A stretch of 64,000 nt of DNA from Candidatus Multivorans sp. (GCA_965247095.1 OZ251997.1:1120001-1184000), one strand, 5' to 3'; positions 46,641-59,117 are shown, counted from the first letter of the stretch. Program-made: numbers and translations. The notes: a model not told the origin generated them from the sequence alone.

Positions 46641-49124
46641 GTGATGAAGGCGCCGCGGAACGCCCTGGAACCCGTGCTTGCGTGGAGCTTGCGGCATTGG
46701 CGGTGGCTTGCGCCGATCGTCGCGACCCCGGTCGCGGGGGTCCTGCTGGGAATCGGCGTCGCGGCGGCGATCGATCTGCCGCAGGTGGAGACCATCTCCG
46801 AGTTGATTCCCAGCCAGATCACCCGGCTCCGGGACCGCCGGAACGAGGTCTTCCGGAGCTACTCCGTCGAGAAGCGAATCATGCTCGCCGAAGGCGAGGT
46901 GCCGGAGATCTTCGAGCGCGTGCTCCTGACCGCGGAGGACCGGAACTTCTACTCCCACGCCGGCTTCGACATCACCGGCGTGGCGCGCGCCACGGTGCAG
47001 AACTGGCGGCGGGGCGAGAGGTTCTCGGGCGCGTCGACGATCACCATGCAGGTGGCGCGAACGCTCTATCTCAACCGCGCCAAGGTCTGGAGCCGGAAGA
47101 TCCGGGAGACCCTGTTCGCCGTCGAGCTCGAGAAACGCCTGAGCAAGCAGCAGATCCTGACCCACTACTGCAACCTGACCTACTTCGGCCACGGCAACTA
47201 CGGCCTCGAATCCGCTGCCCGCTACTACTTCGGCAAACCGGCGGCCGCACTGGACCACGTCGAATCCGCCACCCTGGTGGCGATCCTGCCGGGCCCGAGC
47301 GTGTGGACGCCGTATCTGCGCCCCGAGGTTGTGCGCAGCCGCCGCAACGCGATCCTCCGGGTCGTGGCCGACCGAGGCGTGATCACGAGGCAGCAGGCCG
47401 AGGAGGCGGCGACGCTGCCGTTGAACGTGGTCAAGCAGCGCGAGGCGAAGCCGGTGGCCCCGTACTTCGCTGAACGGGTTCGCGTCGACCTCTACCGCAC
47501 CTACGGCCAGAAGGCCCTCTACGAGCGGGGCCTGCAGGTGAGGACGACCCTGGACCCCCGGATGCAGGACGCCGCGGAGCAGGCGCTGCGCGGGGGTCTG
47601 GTTCGGATCGACCGGCTGGGCGGCTACCGTGGGCCGGCGTCACGAGTCGACCAGGACGATCTCGAGGCGGAGGACCTCGCCGAGACGGTTGGGGGTCTTC
47701 TCGCCGACTGGGTCGGATTCGAACCGGAGGTCGGCGCGTGGGCGCCCGGCCTCGTCCTCCGGCGCGGCCGGCGCGAGGCGGAGATCCGGATCGGCGAGCA
47801 CCGCTTCGTGCTCCATCCCGAGGGATACGCGTGGACCCGGCGCGACGCGCCGCCCCTGGAGCGGGGCGACATCGCCTGGTTCGAACTCCGTGCCCCCGGA
47901 GAGGCCGAGGCGGAGGGCGGAACCGATGCCGGGCAGGCCTTTGCGCTCGAGCTCGTCCAGGCGCCGATCGTCGAGGGCGCCGCGCTGCTGCTCGAGTCGG
48001 CGACCGGCGCGGTGCGGGCGATGGTTGGCGGCTGGGACTACAAGAGGAGCGAGTTCAACCGCGCCGTCCAGGCCCGGCGCCAGGTCGGTTCGCTCTTCAA
48101 GCCCCTCGTCTTCGGCGCCGCGTTCGAGCACGGCTTCACTCCCGCCGACACCCTCTTCGATGCGCCGGCGGTGTTCGTGGGCGTCGACAACCTCCCGAAC
48201 TACAGCCCCCGCAACTACTACCGCAAGTACCTCGGCATCCTGACGCTGCGCAAGGCGCTCGAGAAGTCGATCAACGTCACGTCGGTCAAGCTCCAGGACG
48301 TCGTCGGCGCCGACCGGGTGGTCGACTTCGCCTACCGGACCGGCATCCGTTCACCGCTGCCGCCGTATCCGAGCCTGGCCCTGGGCGCCGCCGACCTGAG
48401 CCTGCTCGAGGTGGCCACCGCGTACGCCACGATGGCCAACCTGGGGATCCACGTCGAGCCGTACATGATCGAGAGCGTCGCGACCCGGGACGGCCGCGAG
48501 CTCGAGGCCCACGTGCCCCAGGCGTCGACCGTGCTGACCCCGGAAGTCGCTTACCTGCTGACCCACGTGCTCTCCGGCGTGGTCCAGCGCGGAACCGCCC
48601 AGTCGGCGAAGAGCCTCGGTCTTGCCGCGGTTGCCGGCAAGACCGGCACCACGGACGGCTTCACCGACGCCTGGTTCGCCGGCTACACGCCCCGGTACAC
48701 GCTCGTGGTCTGGGTCGGCTACGACCAGCAGCAGCGCATCGGCCGCAACATGACCGGCGCCGCCGCGGCCCTGCCGATCTGGAACGAGATCATGCGCCAG
48801 GGGGTCGAGGACGGCTGGATCGATCCGCGCGAGACCTTCACCCGACCCAACCAGGTAAACCTGGCGCGGATCGAGTACAACTCCGGCCTGCGCCCGGCGC
48901 GTCGCCCCGTGGAACAGCACCTGATCGATGAAGCGTTCATCGCCGGCACCGAGCCGGTGCTTTCCTTCGACCCCGACACGCGACCCATCTACGACCTGCC
49001 GTGGTACCAGCAGCGGGCCCTGTACGGCGAGCCGAAGGTCGGCGAGAACATGCCCGAGGACGTCACCGACTGGTCTCTGGTCCGGGACTCCTGGAAGGAA
49101 GACGAGGAAGAAGAAGGGTCCTGA
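46641..49124 (+). CDS. Class A penicillin-binding protein (PBP1A family)
   Basis: EDRNFYSHAG, GASTITMQ, RKIRE, GSLFKP, SIN, KTGT. Confidence 0.95.
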   Translation: MMKAPRNALEPVLAWSLRHWRWLAPIVATPVAGVLLGIGVAAAIDLPQVETISELIPSQITRLRDRRNEVFRSYSVEKRIMLAEGEVPEIFERVLLTAEDRNFYSHAGFDITGVARATVQNWRRGERFSGASTITMQVARTLYLNRAKVWSRKIRETLFAVELEKRLSKQQILTHYCNLTYFGHGNYGLESAARYYFGKPAAALDHVESATLVAILPGPSVWTPYLRPEVVRSRRNAILRVVADRGVITRQQAEEAATLPLNVVKQREAKPVAPYFAERVRVDLYRTYGQKALYERGLQVRTTLDPRMQDAAEQALRGGLVRIDRLGGYRGPASRVDQDDLEAEDLAETVGGLLADWVGFEPEVGAWAPGLVLRRGRREAEIRIGEHRFVLHPEGYAWTRRDAPPLERGDIAWFELRAPGEAEAEGGTDAGQAFALELVQAPIVEGAALLLESATGAVRAMVGGWDYKRSEFNRAVQARRQVGSLFKPLVFGAAFEHGFTPADTLFDAPAVFVGVDNLPNYSPRNYYRKYLGILTLRKALEKSINVTSVKLQDVVGADRVVDFAYRTGIRSPLPPYPSLALGAADLSLLEVATAYATMANLGIHVEPYMIESVATRDGRELEAHVPQASTVLTPEVAYLLTHVLSGVVQRGTAQSAKSLGLAAVAGKTGTTDGFTDAWFAGYTPRYTLVVWVGYDQQQRIGRNMTGAAAALPIWNEIMRQGVEDGWIDPRETFTRPNQVNLARIEYNSGLRPARRPVEQHLIDEAFIAGTEPVLSFDPDTRPIYDLPWYQQRALYGEPKVGENMPEDVTDWSLVRDSWKEDEEEEGS

Positions 49125-49125
49125 C

Positions 49126-52101
49126 TTGCAGCAGAACCGAGAGGCGCTTTCTGAGTCGGGCAGCTCAAAGTCACGGAACCTCCGACGGCGCACCGGCCTC
49201 GGCCGTGGTGTCCTCGCGATCGCCGGCCTGAGCAGCCTCGCGCTGGCCCAGCCCACTTACGACCTGCTTCGCCGAACGCCCGAGTTCTTTGTCCTTCGGA
49301 ACCTCTCGATGGGCGACCTCCTGGTCCTGGCCGCCCTGCTCGGGATCGTGCCGGCGCTCCTCCTCTCGGCGCCGGCCGCTGCGGCCCAGTTTCTCCGGCC
49401 GGCTTGGGTGCGACCGGCGGTAGCGGCGCCCGCCGGCCTGCTCACCGGAGTGATTGCGCTGCAGGCGGCCCGTGGTCTCCCGGCGGTCCCCGCCACGACC
49501 CTGGCCGTGCTCGCCTGCGCCGGTGTCGTTTGGGCCTACGTTCGCTCTCCGGCAGTCCGTTTCTTCGGCCTTCTGCTGTCGGGCGCCACGATCCTCGTGC
49601 CGACGATCCTGCTGGTGGACGGCGATGTCCGCCGCGTCGTCGACAACTCACGCCAGCCGGTCGCGGTCGACGGCGCCGGCGCAAGGGCGCCGATCGTTCT
49701 GGTGGTTTTCGACGAGTGGTCGGTGATCTCGATTCTCGACTCCGATGGCAGGATCGACCGGGACCGCTTTCCCAACCTGGCCCGGTTCGCCGACCGCGCC
49801 ACCTGGTACCCGAACGCAACCGCCGCCTCGAACATGACGACACACGCGGTGCCGGCGATGCTGACCGGCTTGATGCCCGAGCGGGGGCGGCTACCGATCG
49901 CGGCAGATCACCCGGTCAACCTGTTCACCCTGCTCGGCGCGAGCCATGACATCTTCGCCATCGAGACGTCCACCGCCCTCTGCCCACCAGACCTGAACCT
50001 GCTGCAGAGGCAACGTCCTTCCTTCTCCCAACGTTTCGGTCTGTTGATCGCCGATCTCAGCGTCGTGTGGCTCCGACTGACGCTGCCGAAGGCATGGGCG
50101 GAGCGGCTCCCTCCGGTCACCGAAGCATGGAGCGGATTCAACTGGGGCGGATCGGGAGCGATGGCGCCGGCAGCGAGCGATCAACTGGAGCGAGCGAGGT
50201 CCCATGCCCGAGGCGCCGAACGGGTAACCGACTATCGTCGCTTCCTCGACTCGATTGGAGCACCGGCGCGACGTCCACCCCTGTACTTCGTGCACACGTT
50301 GCTCCCTCATGCTCCCTGGCAGCATCTACCGTCCGGCCGGCCGTACCCGCTTACGAGGTTCCGCGGTCTCGACGAAGGGAACTGGACGACGGATCGCTGG
50401 GCGGTTCGCCATCATTGGAAGCGCTACCTGCTGCAGGTCGAGTTCATGGACCGACTGATCGGTGAGCTGATGACCAGACTGGAGTCCAACGATCTGTTCG
50501 ATCAGAGCCTCATCGCAATCACCGCGGACCACGGCCTTTCCTTTCAGCCCGGCAGGTCGCGACGGCTCCCGGACCCAACCGACGCTTCCGGCAGTCAGGT
50601 CCTCGACCTGGTCGCGGTACCCCTGATCATCAAGGCTCCGTTCCAGGACCGGGCACAGATCGACGACAGCCCGGTCTCGCTGGTGGACCTGACACCGCGC
50701 ATACTCGAACTCGCGGGGGCGAACATTTGGACCGCGCCGCGCCGGACTACGAGCAACGCCGAACCTCTGCTGTTCGGCCGCCACGCGGACAGAATTGAGA
50801 TTCCGGCCGACCGCGCTCCCTGGCGTCGCGCCCGACTCGCGGAGCAGCGCGAGTTGCTGGGTGAGTCGAACGACGCGATGGCGATCGGGACAGTACCCGA
50901 GTTGTACGGCCGGCCGCTCTCCGAACTGCCGCTACGCGGCGGCAACGTGCGCGTTCTACTCGATTCCGCCGACCAGTGGAACGATGTCGACGTAGAGGCG
51001 ACGATGTTGCCAGCGCTGGTCGAAGCCGCCTTCTTGGATCACGATCCCCCTGCCGACCGCTCCGTCGTCGTGGCGCTCAACGGCATCGTGGCGGATTCGG
51101 TTCGCCCTCAACGTCGCCCGTCCGGCAGGAGCGGTTTCACGGCAGTGCTTCCCGAAACCCTGTTCCGACCTGGCCGCAACCAGATCGAGCTCTTCCTGGT
51201 CTCGGATCGGGAAGACAGACTGGAACTCGAACGCCTCCAACCTCCGCAGGCCTTCGACTACAGGGCGGATCCCGAGTACCTCTATGAGGTGCACCGGGAC
51301 AGTGCGGGCAGGATCAAGGAACTGCGTCGTCGTCCCGCCAGCGAACCGGCCCTGGCCTCCGAGACGTTTCCCGTGCGTCCGAATTCTCGTCAACTGCGCG
51401 GACACCTGGAGGCGACCGTGCCCCAGCGGTCCGCTGCGATGGGAAGGCGTCGGCACTTTCAACTCAGTGGCTGGGGGTTCGACCGGGCCAACCCCGGGCA
51501 GCCCAACACGGTGGTCACCATCGTCGGAGGCGCCGACGTGAGAGCCTTCACCGGACCCGCGCTCAAGTACGACTCCTTCTCGCTTCGACTCGAGGTGGAT
51601 CGGCACCTCGTCGAGCGGGAGGGCATCGTGGCCTTCGCCGTCGGTCACCGGGGCGTAGCCACTCGACTCCGCTTCTCCTACCAGGCCCTGGAGCGTGAGA
51701 GCGGCAGCAGCGAAATCCTGCCCATTTCAGACGGTCGCCGGCTAGTGGTGCAGCCCACCGGAAACGGTTTCGACGGCGCGGTCGACTTGGTCGTCGCGGT
51801 CGGAACGGGTACCCGGGTCCACGGCTGGGCTGCTGATCTGGAGCGAGCCGAACCGCCGCGTCAGATCGCCGTCTATCGCGACGGCAAGTTCCTGACCACC
51901 CTTGGGCGCAGCAACCGCGAGCGCCCGGACGTGGCCAAGCACTTCGACGACCCCCGCCTCCTGCGGACCGGCTTCCGGGGCGAAGTCCTGGACCGGCCCC
52001 GTCCGTCGGTCTTCGCCCAGCGTCACAGGGTGTTCGCGGTGATGCAGCGGGGCGTGGCCGTGGAACTGCGGGTCCTCTCGCCTCCCGGTACCGGTCGTTG
52101 A
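49126..52101 (+). CDS. Membrane-bound sulfatase-like / alkaline phosphatase superfamily (LtaS-like) protein
   Basis: Several N-terminal TMs, VVFDE, T at the nucleophile position (SNMTTHAVPAMLTG), PHAPW, TADHG, C-terminal GW...RPDVA...GF modules; TTG start right after the PBP stop. Confidence 0.8.
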   Translation: MQQNREALSESGSSKSRNLRRRTGLGRGVLAIAGLSSLALAQPTYDLLRRTPEFFVLRNLSMGDLLVLAALLGIVPALLLSAPAAAAQFLRPAWVRPAVAAPAGLLTGVIALQAARGLPAVPATTLAVLACAGVVWAYVRSPAVRFFGLLLSGATILVPTILLVDGDVRRVVDNSRQPVAVDGAGARAPIVLVVFDEWSVISILDSDGRIDRDRFPNLARFADRATWYPNATAASNMTTHAVPAMLTGLMPERGRLPIAADHPVNLFTLLGASHDIFAIETSTALCPPDLNLLQRQRPSFSQRFGLLIADLSVVWLRLTLPKAWAERLPPVTEAWSGFNWGGSGAMAPAASDQLERARSHARGAERVTDYRRFLDSIGAPARRPPLYFVHTLLPHAPWQHLPSGRPYPLTRFRGLDEGNWTTDRWAVRHHWKRYLLQVEFMDRLIGELMTRLESNDLFDQSLIAITADHGLSFQPGRSRRLPDPTDASGSQVLDLVAVPLIIKAPFQDRAQIDDSPVSLVDLTPRILELAGANIWTAPRRTTSNAEPLLFGRHADRIEIPADRAPWRRARLAEQRELLGESNDAMAIGTVPELYGRPLSELPLRGGNVRVLLDSADQWNDVDVEATMLPALVEAAFLDHDPPADRSVVVALNGIVADSVRPQRRPSGRSGFTAVLPETLFRPGRNQIELFLVSDREDRLELERLQPPQAFDYRADPEYLYEVHRDSAGRIKELRRRPASEPALASETFPVRPNSRQLRGHLEATVPQRSAAMGRRRHFQLSGWGFDRANPGQPNTVVTIVGGADVRAFTGPALKYDSFSLRLEVDRHLVEREGIVAFAVGHRGVATRLRFSYQALERESGSSEILPISDGRRLVVQPTGNGFDGAVDLVVAVGTGTRVHGWAADLERAEPPRQIAVYRDGKFLTTLGRSNRERPDVAKHFDDPRLLRTGFRGEVLDRPRPSVFAQRHRVFAVMQRGVAVELRVLSPPGTGR

Positions 52102-53396
52102 TCTTCGCGACCCTGGACGGGGCGCACGCCGATCAACGCGTAGTCGCGATGGCCGTACAGAAGGTCGTCGAGTTCGTCGCGGAGACGGTTGAGGCGGTCC
52201 GCCAGTTCCCGGGTCTGGCCGTCCAACCCATCGAGCGAGATTTCCGGCAGGCGCTCCTCTTCGGGGTAGGGCCGCAGGTCGAGCCGTTCGATGCCGGCAA
52301 ACCCGGCGCTCTCGTAGCTGGCGCGCAGCGTCTCCGGGTGAACCGGACGCACGTGGGTCGGGTCGAGCCAGAAGCTGCGCGCGGTCACGGAAACCGAAAG
52401 CGGATTCGGCGTCTCGAGCAGAAGAAGTCCCCCGGGGCGCAGAGCCGCGAAGGCGAGCCCCACCAAGCGGTCGACCGCGTCCGGAGGCAAGTGCTCGATC
52501 ACGTGGAAGGACACGATTCCGCCCAACGATCCGGGCTCGACGCCGGCCAGGGTCTCCAGCAGATCGCCCTGCTCGACCCGAAGGCCCCGCTGGGAACAGC
52601 GGCGCACCATGGCAGCGGAGGAATCGATGCCGCGACAACAGACTCCCTCCTCCTGCAGGAGTGCCAGCGCCTCGCCGCGGCCGCAGCCAAGGTCCAGAAC
52701 CGGCGCCGCCTCGCGGAGCCGCGGCAGGTAGGCCTGAATGCGCTGCCGGATCTCTTCCTCGCCGCCGCGAAACCGGTGCTCGAACGCCAAGTAGGAGGCG
52801 TCGGCCACGCTCGACCGAAGCGTCTGAGCCGTCTCGCCGCTACTGGCCAGAGCCGACCTCAGGAGCCCTGCGAGCTCATCCGCTTCTCGCCGGTATCGGT
52901 CCAGTTTCCGGTCGACGCGACCGAAAAGGGCATCGTCGTGACGCATCACCTCGGCCAGCCCCTTGCGCAAGAAGTTCTCCAGGTGACTGGCCCGCCGATC
53001 CAGTTCCCCGAGCCGCTGCTCGAAGATCCGGTCGACCTCCTCCTGGTGCTGCCGCCACTCCCGAAGCCGCTGGACGTGGCCCAGCAGGATGAGGTTGAAG
53101 ACCCGCTGGCGCTCCCAGAGATCCCTTTGGGGCAGGTGGACGAAGGGACGCAGCAGCCGCTTGAGAACCACCAGAAACCGCCCGGCAAGGCCGCGGTGAC
53201 TGCGAATGGGGAACGGAATGTCCCGATCCCAGAGGTGGCGCCAATCCTCGAGACGATGGGTCGGCCGATCCCCAAGGAAGTCTTCGACTTCCGGGGTGCG
53301 GAGGAAGTCTTCGACTTCCGGGGGTCCGTTGTCGCCGCCCACCGTTTCACCGTCCCTGCTGACGGTCTGCTCGGACTCTCCGTCGGGCACGCCCAC
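52023..53396 (-). CDS. Class I SAM-dependent methyltransferase with N-terminal coiled coil (polysaccharide-associated type)
   Basis: YLAFEHRFRG, VLDLGCGRGE, SFHVIEHL, ETPNP, FWLDPTHVRP, DYALIG. Confidence 0.88.
   Translation of the reverse strand: MGVPDGESEQTVSRDGETVGGDNGPPEVEDFLRTPEVEDFLGDRPTHRLEDWRHLWDRDIPFPIRSHRGLAGRFLVVLKRLLRPFVHLPQRDLWERQRVFNLILLGHVQRLREWRQHQEEVDRIFEQRLGELDRRASHLENFLRKGLAEVMRHDDALFGRVDRKLDRYRREADELAGLLRSALASSGETAQTLRSSVADASYLAFEHRFRGGEEEIRQRIQAYLPRLREAAPVLDLGCGRGEALALLQEEGVCCRGIDSSAAMVRRCSQRGLRVEQGDLLETLAGVEPGSLGGIVSFHVIEHLPPDAVDRLVGLAFAALRPGGLLLLETPNPLSVSVTARSFWLDPTHVRPVHPETLRASYESAGFAGIERLDLRPYPEEERLPEISLDGLDGQTRELADRLNRLRDELDDLLYGHRDYALIGVRPVQGREDQRPVPGGERTRSSTATPRCITANTL
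53275..53323. repeat. 22-bp direct repeat with 27-bp period (PEVEDFL x2)
   Basis: AGGAAGTCTTCGACTTCCGGGG at 53275-53296 and 53302-53323. Confidence 0.85.
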
Positions 53397-53410
53397 TTCG
53401 CTGGAGACCC

Positions 53411-53857
53411 TTAGGTCTCAGGCACGACCTCGACTGCGACTTCGGCAATCACTTCCGTGTGGAGGTCGACCCGCACGACATGATCACCCAACTCTTTGAT
53501 GCCGCCTGACAGGTCGACCATGCGGCGATGGACCTGGACGCCCTTGGCTGCGAGCGCCTCGACCACTTCCGTCGGCGTCACGGAGCCGTAGAGAGTTCCC
53601 GACTCGCTGGCCCGCTTGGCGATCTTGAGCTTCAGGGCCGCAAGTTCGGCCGCGAGCCCGGCGGCAGCCGAGCGCTCCTCCGCGTGCCGGGCGTCGAACT
53701 TCGTCCGTTGCGACTCGAACCAGTGCCGGTTCGCCACCGTGGACGGCGCCGCAAACTCCTTTGGATACAGGTAGTTCCGTGCGTAGCCGGGCTTGACGTC
53801 GACGACCTCGCCGCGCCCACCGAGCGCCCTCATGTCCTGAAGCAGGATGACTTCCAT
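53411..53857 (-). CDS. rplI: 50S ribosomal protein L9
   Basis: MEVILLQD..LG..GEVVDVKPGYARNYL, LYGSVT. Confidence 0.97.
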   Translation of the reverse strand: MEVILLQDMRALGGRGEVVDVKPGYARNYLYPKEFAAPSTVANRHWFESQRTKFDARHAEERSAAAGLAAELAALKLKIAKRASESGTLYGSVTPTEVVEALAAKGVQVHRRMVDLSGGIKELGDHVVRVDLHTEVIAEVAVEVVPET

Positions 53858-53873
53858 CTTTCGTTTCTGCCGT

Positions 53874-54104
53874 TCAGTCAGTGGTGTACGGAATCAGGGC
53901 CAGGAAGCGCGCCCGCCGGATGGCGCGGGCGAGCATTCTCTGGTGGCGGGCCGAGTTGCCCGAGATCCTGCGAGGGAGGACCTTCGCCCTCTCCGGCACG
54001 AAGGGCCGCAGGGTCGCGACATCCTTGTAGTCGATGTACTCGATCCCGTCAGCGGTGAACTTGCACACCTTGCGGCGGCGCAAGAAGGTCTTGCGTTTCG
54101 GCAT
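53874..54104 (-). CDS. rpsR: 30S ribosomal protein S18
   Basis: IDYKD..L..FV.ER.KVLPRR.SG...HQR.L..AI.RAR. Confidence 0.97.
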   Translation of the reverse strand: MPKRKTFLRRRKVCKFTADGIEYIDYKDVATLRPFVPERAKVLPRRISGNSARHQRMLARAIRRARFLALIPYTTD

Positions 54105-54180
54105 TTCTCTCGATTCCCCTTGTATGAAACAAGCCCTGTTTCCTGTGCGTCAGCGCGGCGCGGACGCCGCGACTCGACTC

Positions 54181-54549
54181 CTAGCTGGCAGTCTCGGCGA
54201 GGACCGTCGACTGGACCGGCACCTTACCCTTGCTTGCCGCGCGCTTCAGATCAAGGTCCGTCCGCACCACCAGGTGGCGCAGGATTCGCTCGTTCTGGAG
54301 CATCCGCTGCCCGACCTCGGCAAGGCCGTGGTCGCCTCCGTCCGACTCCAGGTAGTAGATGTGGTACCGCCCCTCGGTGAACTTCCGGATCGGATAGGCG
54401 AGCCGGCGCTTACCCCAGGATTCTTCCTGGGTGATTCGGGTTTTGCCGTCCGCCACAAGCATCTCGGCGAAACCGTCGGTCAACTGCACCGCCTCCTCAT
54501 CCGAGAGGCGCGGGTCCGCAATAAAGACCAGTTCGTATGTCCGTGTCAA
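54181..54549 (-). CDS. rpsF: 30S ribosomal protein S6
   Basis: TTG start then [26 protein letters not shown]. Confidence 0.95.
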   Translation of the reverse strand: MTRTYELVFIADPRLSDEEAVQLTDGFAEMLVADGKTRITQEESWGKRRLAYPIRKFTEGRYHIYYLESDGGDHGLAEVGQRMLQNERILRHLVVRTDLDLKRAASKGKVPVQSTVLAETAS

Positions 54550-54600
54550 TCGTTCATCCTCGGTGCGGCGGTCGCGGTGGATCGAAGACGGAGGGCGAGG
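54550..54600 (-). promoter_or_regulatory. Candidate RBS-sequestering leader hairpin of rpsF (S6:S18-type)
   Basis: On the mRNA, CCC precedes CGTCTTCG, which can pair with CGAGGATG containing the SD. Confidence 0.4.
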
Positions 54601-54679
54601 TTTGTCCGCGAGCGCATGGTGATGTTCGTCGGCTCCCAAGCCGTAACGAATCGGCGGCGGAATCTATCACGGCAGTCCG

Positions 54680-56751
<2,072 letters not shown>

Positions 56752-56752
<1 letters not shown>

Positions 56753-56851
56753 TATCCGTTTCCCCTCAATCCCTAGTGAAAGTTCATCCCTAGTGCAAGT
56801 TCATCACTTGTACTCGTTATCACTTGCACTCGCTATCCGTTGTACTCGTTC
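56752..56851. repeat. 72-bp palindromic/tandem-repeat insert flanked by 9-bp direct repeat CTATCCGTT
   Basis: CTATCCGTT at 56752-56760 and 56833-56841; internal ATCCCTAGTG(A/C)AAGTTC x2 and ATCACTTG(T/C)ACTCG x2. Confidence 0.75.
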
Positions 56852-57432
56852 ATGGTGATGTCGACGCCGCGGTCGACCCAGCTCAGGACGCAGTCGGCGG
56901 CGCGGCACACCATGCGCTTTGCCGTTTCGGCTTCCCCGCCGGCGAAAGGAGCGAGCACGAAGTCCGTGAGTTCCGCTTCCATCCCGGTCGACCTCCCCTC
57001 CTCTTGTTCCGCCTCGTCCTCCCCGATGCCCAACCTCAGCCGCGGCACCGCCGTGGTGCGCAGGTTCTCGATGATCGATTCCATTCCACGGTGGCCGCCC
57101 GGACTGCCCCTGCCGCGAAGGCGCAGCCTTCCCAGGGGCAGATGGACTTCGTCGTAGACGACCAGGATGTTTTCCGGAGCATAGCCATTCCGTTCACTGA
57201 GGCAGCGCGCGCTGTAACCGCTTCGGTTCATGTAGATCTGCGGAGTCGCCAGGTCGACCGGGCCGGCGGCGGTCCAGAGCGCGCCGCAGACCTCCAGGCC
57301 TAGACGGACGTCCAGTCGCCGTGCCAGTTCCTCGACAACGCGAAAGCCGAGGTTGTGTCGGGTGTCGGCGTAGCGCTCTCCCGGATTACCGAGGCCGAGG
57401 ACGAGTCGCGTGCTCTCGCTATTCGTCCCCAT
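56833..57432 (-). CDS. pth: Peptidyl-tRNA hydrolase
   Basis: LGLGNPG..YADTRHNLGF, YMNRSG, GGHRG, RLRLGIG, DFVL. Confidence 0.96.
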   Translation of the reverse strand: MGTNSESTRLVLGLGNPGERYADTRHNLGFRVVEELARRLDVRLGLEVCGALWTAAGPVDLATPQIYMNRSGYSARCLSERNGYAPENILVVYDEVHLPLGRLRLRGRGSPGGHRGMESIIENLRTTAVPRLRLGIGEDEAEQEEGRSTGMEAELTDFVLAPFAGGEAETAKRMVCRAADCVLSWVDRGVDITMNEYNG

Positions 57433-58087
57433 CCTCCGATTCGGCCTTCCCACCCACCATCTCGGGCTCGTCGGTGAAGGCTTCGAGCAGTTCGTCCTCG
57501 TCGGATACCTCTTCGTCCTCCTCCGCGATTCTCGGGGCGGCAACCGACACGATGACGCGTTTGTCGTCCTCGTCGAGCCGCACTGCGTCGGGGAGCACGA
57601 GCTCGCCGGCCTCCACATGCTGGCCAATGTGCAGCGCCGAAATATCGAGTTCGATCGAAGACGGAATGTCGCCGGCCAGGCAGGTGACCGCGATCTCGCG
57701 GGTGATGAACTCCACCAGGCCGCCCTCGGTCTTGACCCCTTCGGGGCTTCCGGTCAGCGCGACCGGCACCGCGACCTGGACTTCCTGGTCCATCTTCACG
57801 CGCTGAAAGTCGATGTGGACCAGCGCACCGGTCAAGGGGTTCCACTGCAGGTCGCGGATCATCGAGTGGCGCGTGCGTTCGGTACCCTCCAGTTGGAGCA
57901 GGAAGACGGCATTCTCTCCGCCTTCCCGGATCAGACGCAGCACGCTCTTGCCGTCGACCCGGATGGCGGCCGAATCGGCTTCGCCGCCGTAGACCACGGC
58001 CGGGATCTCACCCGACGCCCGCAGACGGCGGTTTGCGTTCTTTCCGGTCTGCTCACGCGGCCGGACCGTGACTGTGGGTTCGCTCAC
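57419..58087 (-). CDS. rplY: 50S ribosomal protein L25 (Ctc form)
   Basis: GKNANRRLR..G.IPAVVYG, HIDFQRV, GVK.EGG. Confidence 0.96.
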   Translation of the reverse strand: MSEPTVTVRPREQTGKNANRRLRASGEIPAVVYGGEADSAAIRVDGKSVLRLIREGGENAVFLLQLEGTERTRHSMIRDLQWNPLTGALVHIDFQRVKMDQEVQVAVPVALTGSPEGVKTEGGLVEFITREIAVTCLAGDIPSSIELDISALHIGQHVEAGELVLPDAVRLDEDDKRVIVSVAAPRIAEEDEEVSDEDELLEAFTDEPEMVGGKAESEDGDE

Positions 58088-58114
58088 TTCGAGCTCCTTG
58101 TCGTGACGAACAGC

Positions 58115-59056
58115 TCAGACGAAGAGGGACGTCACGGAACTGTTGTCGTGGATTCTGCGGATCGCCTCGCCGAGCAGGGCCGCGACGCTGTGGGGACGCA
58201 GCCGTGTGCTCCGGGCGAGCTTGTCCTCGAGCGGCGTGGTGTTGGTCACCAGGACGCCCTCGAGTTTCGAGTTTTCGATTCGTTCGATCGCGGAGGCCGA
58301 GAGAACACCGTGTATCCCGGCGGCGAAGATCCTCCGCGCTCCCTGGGCAGCCAGCGACTCGACCGAATTCAGCAGCGTGCCGCCGGTGTCGATGATGTCG
58401 TCGAGGATCAGAAGGTCCCGTCCCTTCACGTCGCCGATCACGTTCATCACCTGGGCCTTGTTCGCGGCCACCCGGCGCTTGTCGATGATGGCAAGCTCCG
58501 TATGCAGGCGCTTGGCGATCGCTCGCGCCCTCGCCACGCCTCCGGCGTCCGGGGCCACGATCATCAGATCGTCGATGCCGAGCGCCCTGATCGCGTCCAG
58601 AAGAACCGGCGCTGCGAACAGGTGGTCGACGGGGATGTCGAAGAAACCCGAGATCTGGGGCGCATGAACATCCATCGTCAGCAGCCGGTCGGCGCCGGCA
58701 GCCGTGATGACGTCCGCCACCAGCTTGGCGGTGATCGGTACCCGCGGTTTGTCCTTCTTGTCCTGGCGGGCGTACCCGTAGTACGGAATGACGGCTGTTA
58801 CACGCGCCGCCGAGGCCCTCTTGACCGCGTCCAGCATGATGAGCAACTCGACGAGGTTGTCGTTGACCGGAGGGCAGGTCGGCTGCACGATGAACACGTC
58901 GGTACCGCGAACGTTCTCCTGGATCTGGCAGAAGAGCTCGCCGTCGGCGAAGTTGTAGGCCGTGACCTGGCCCGGCACCATGCCCAGATAGCTGCAGATC
59001 TCGTTCGTCAGCGCCGGGTGCGCCCGGCCCCCGAAGATCTTCAGCTCCGTGTACAT
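58115..59056 (-). CDS. prs: Ribose-phosphate pyrophosphokinase
   Basis: FADGE, PYYGYARQD, DVHAPQISGFF, APDAGG, DDIIDTGGT; alternative ATG at 59089. Confidence 0.97.
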   Translation of the reverse strand: MYTELKIFGGRAHPALTNEICSYLGMVPGQVTAYNFADGELFCQIQENVRGTDVFIVQPTCPPVNDNLVELLIMLDAVKRASAARVTAVIPYYGYARQDKKDKPRVPITAKLVADVITAAGADRLLTMDVHAPQISGFFDIPVDHLFAAPVLLDAIRALGIDDLMIVAPDAGGVARARAIAKRLHTELAIIDKRRVAANKAQVMNVIGDVKGRDLLILDDIIDTGGTLLNSVESLAAQGARRIFAAGIHGVLSASAIERIENSKLEGVLVTNTTPLEDKLARSTRLRPHSVAALLGEAIRRIHDNSSVTSLFV

Positions 59057-59117
59057 GGCCCGCTCGACGTTGTTGGCGTGGACGGTCATGAGGGAGAGTA
59101 AGGCCGGTGCATCCCCG

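Noticed and set aside
49126-49270. LALA|QP in the sulfatase-like protein as a sixth Q-rule substrate
   Set aside because: More likely the first TM helix of a polytopic protein than a cleaved signal peptide.
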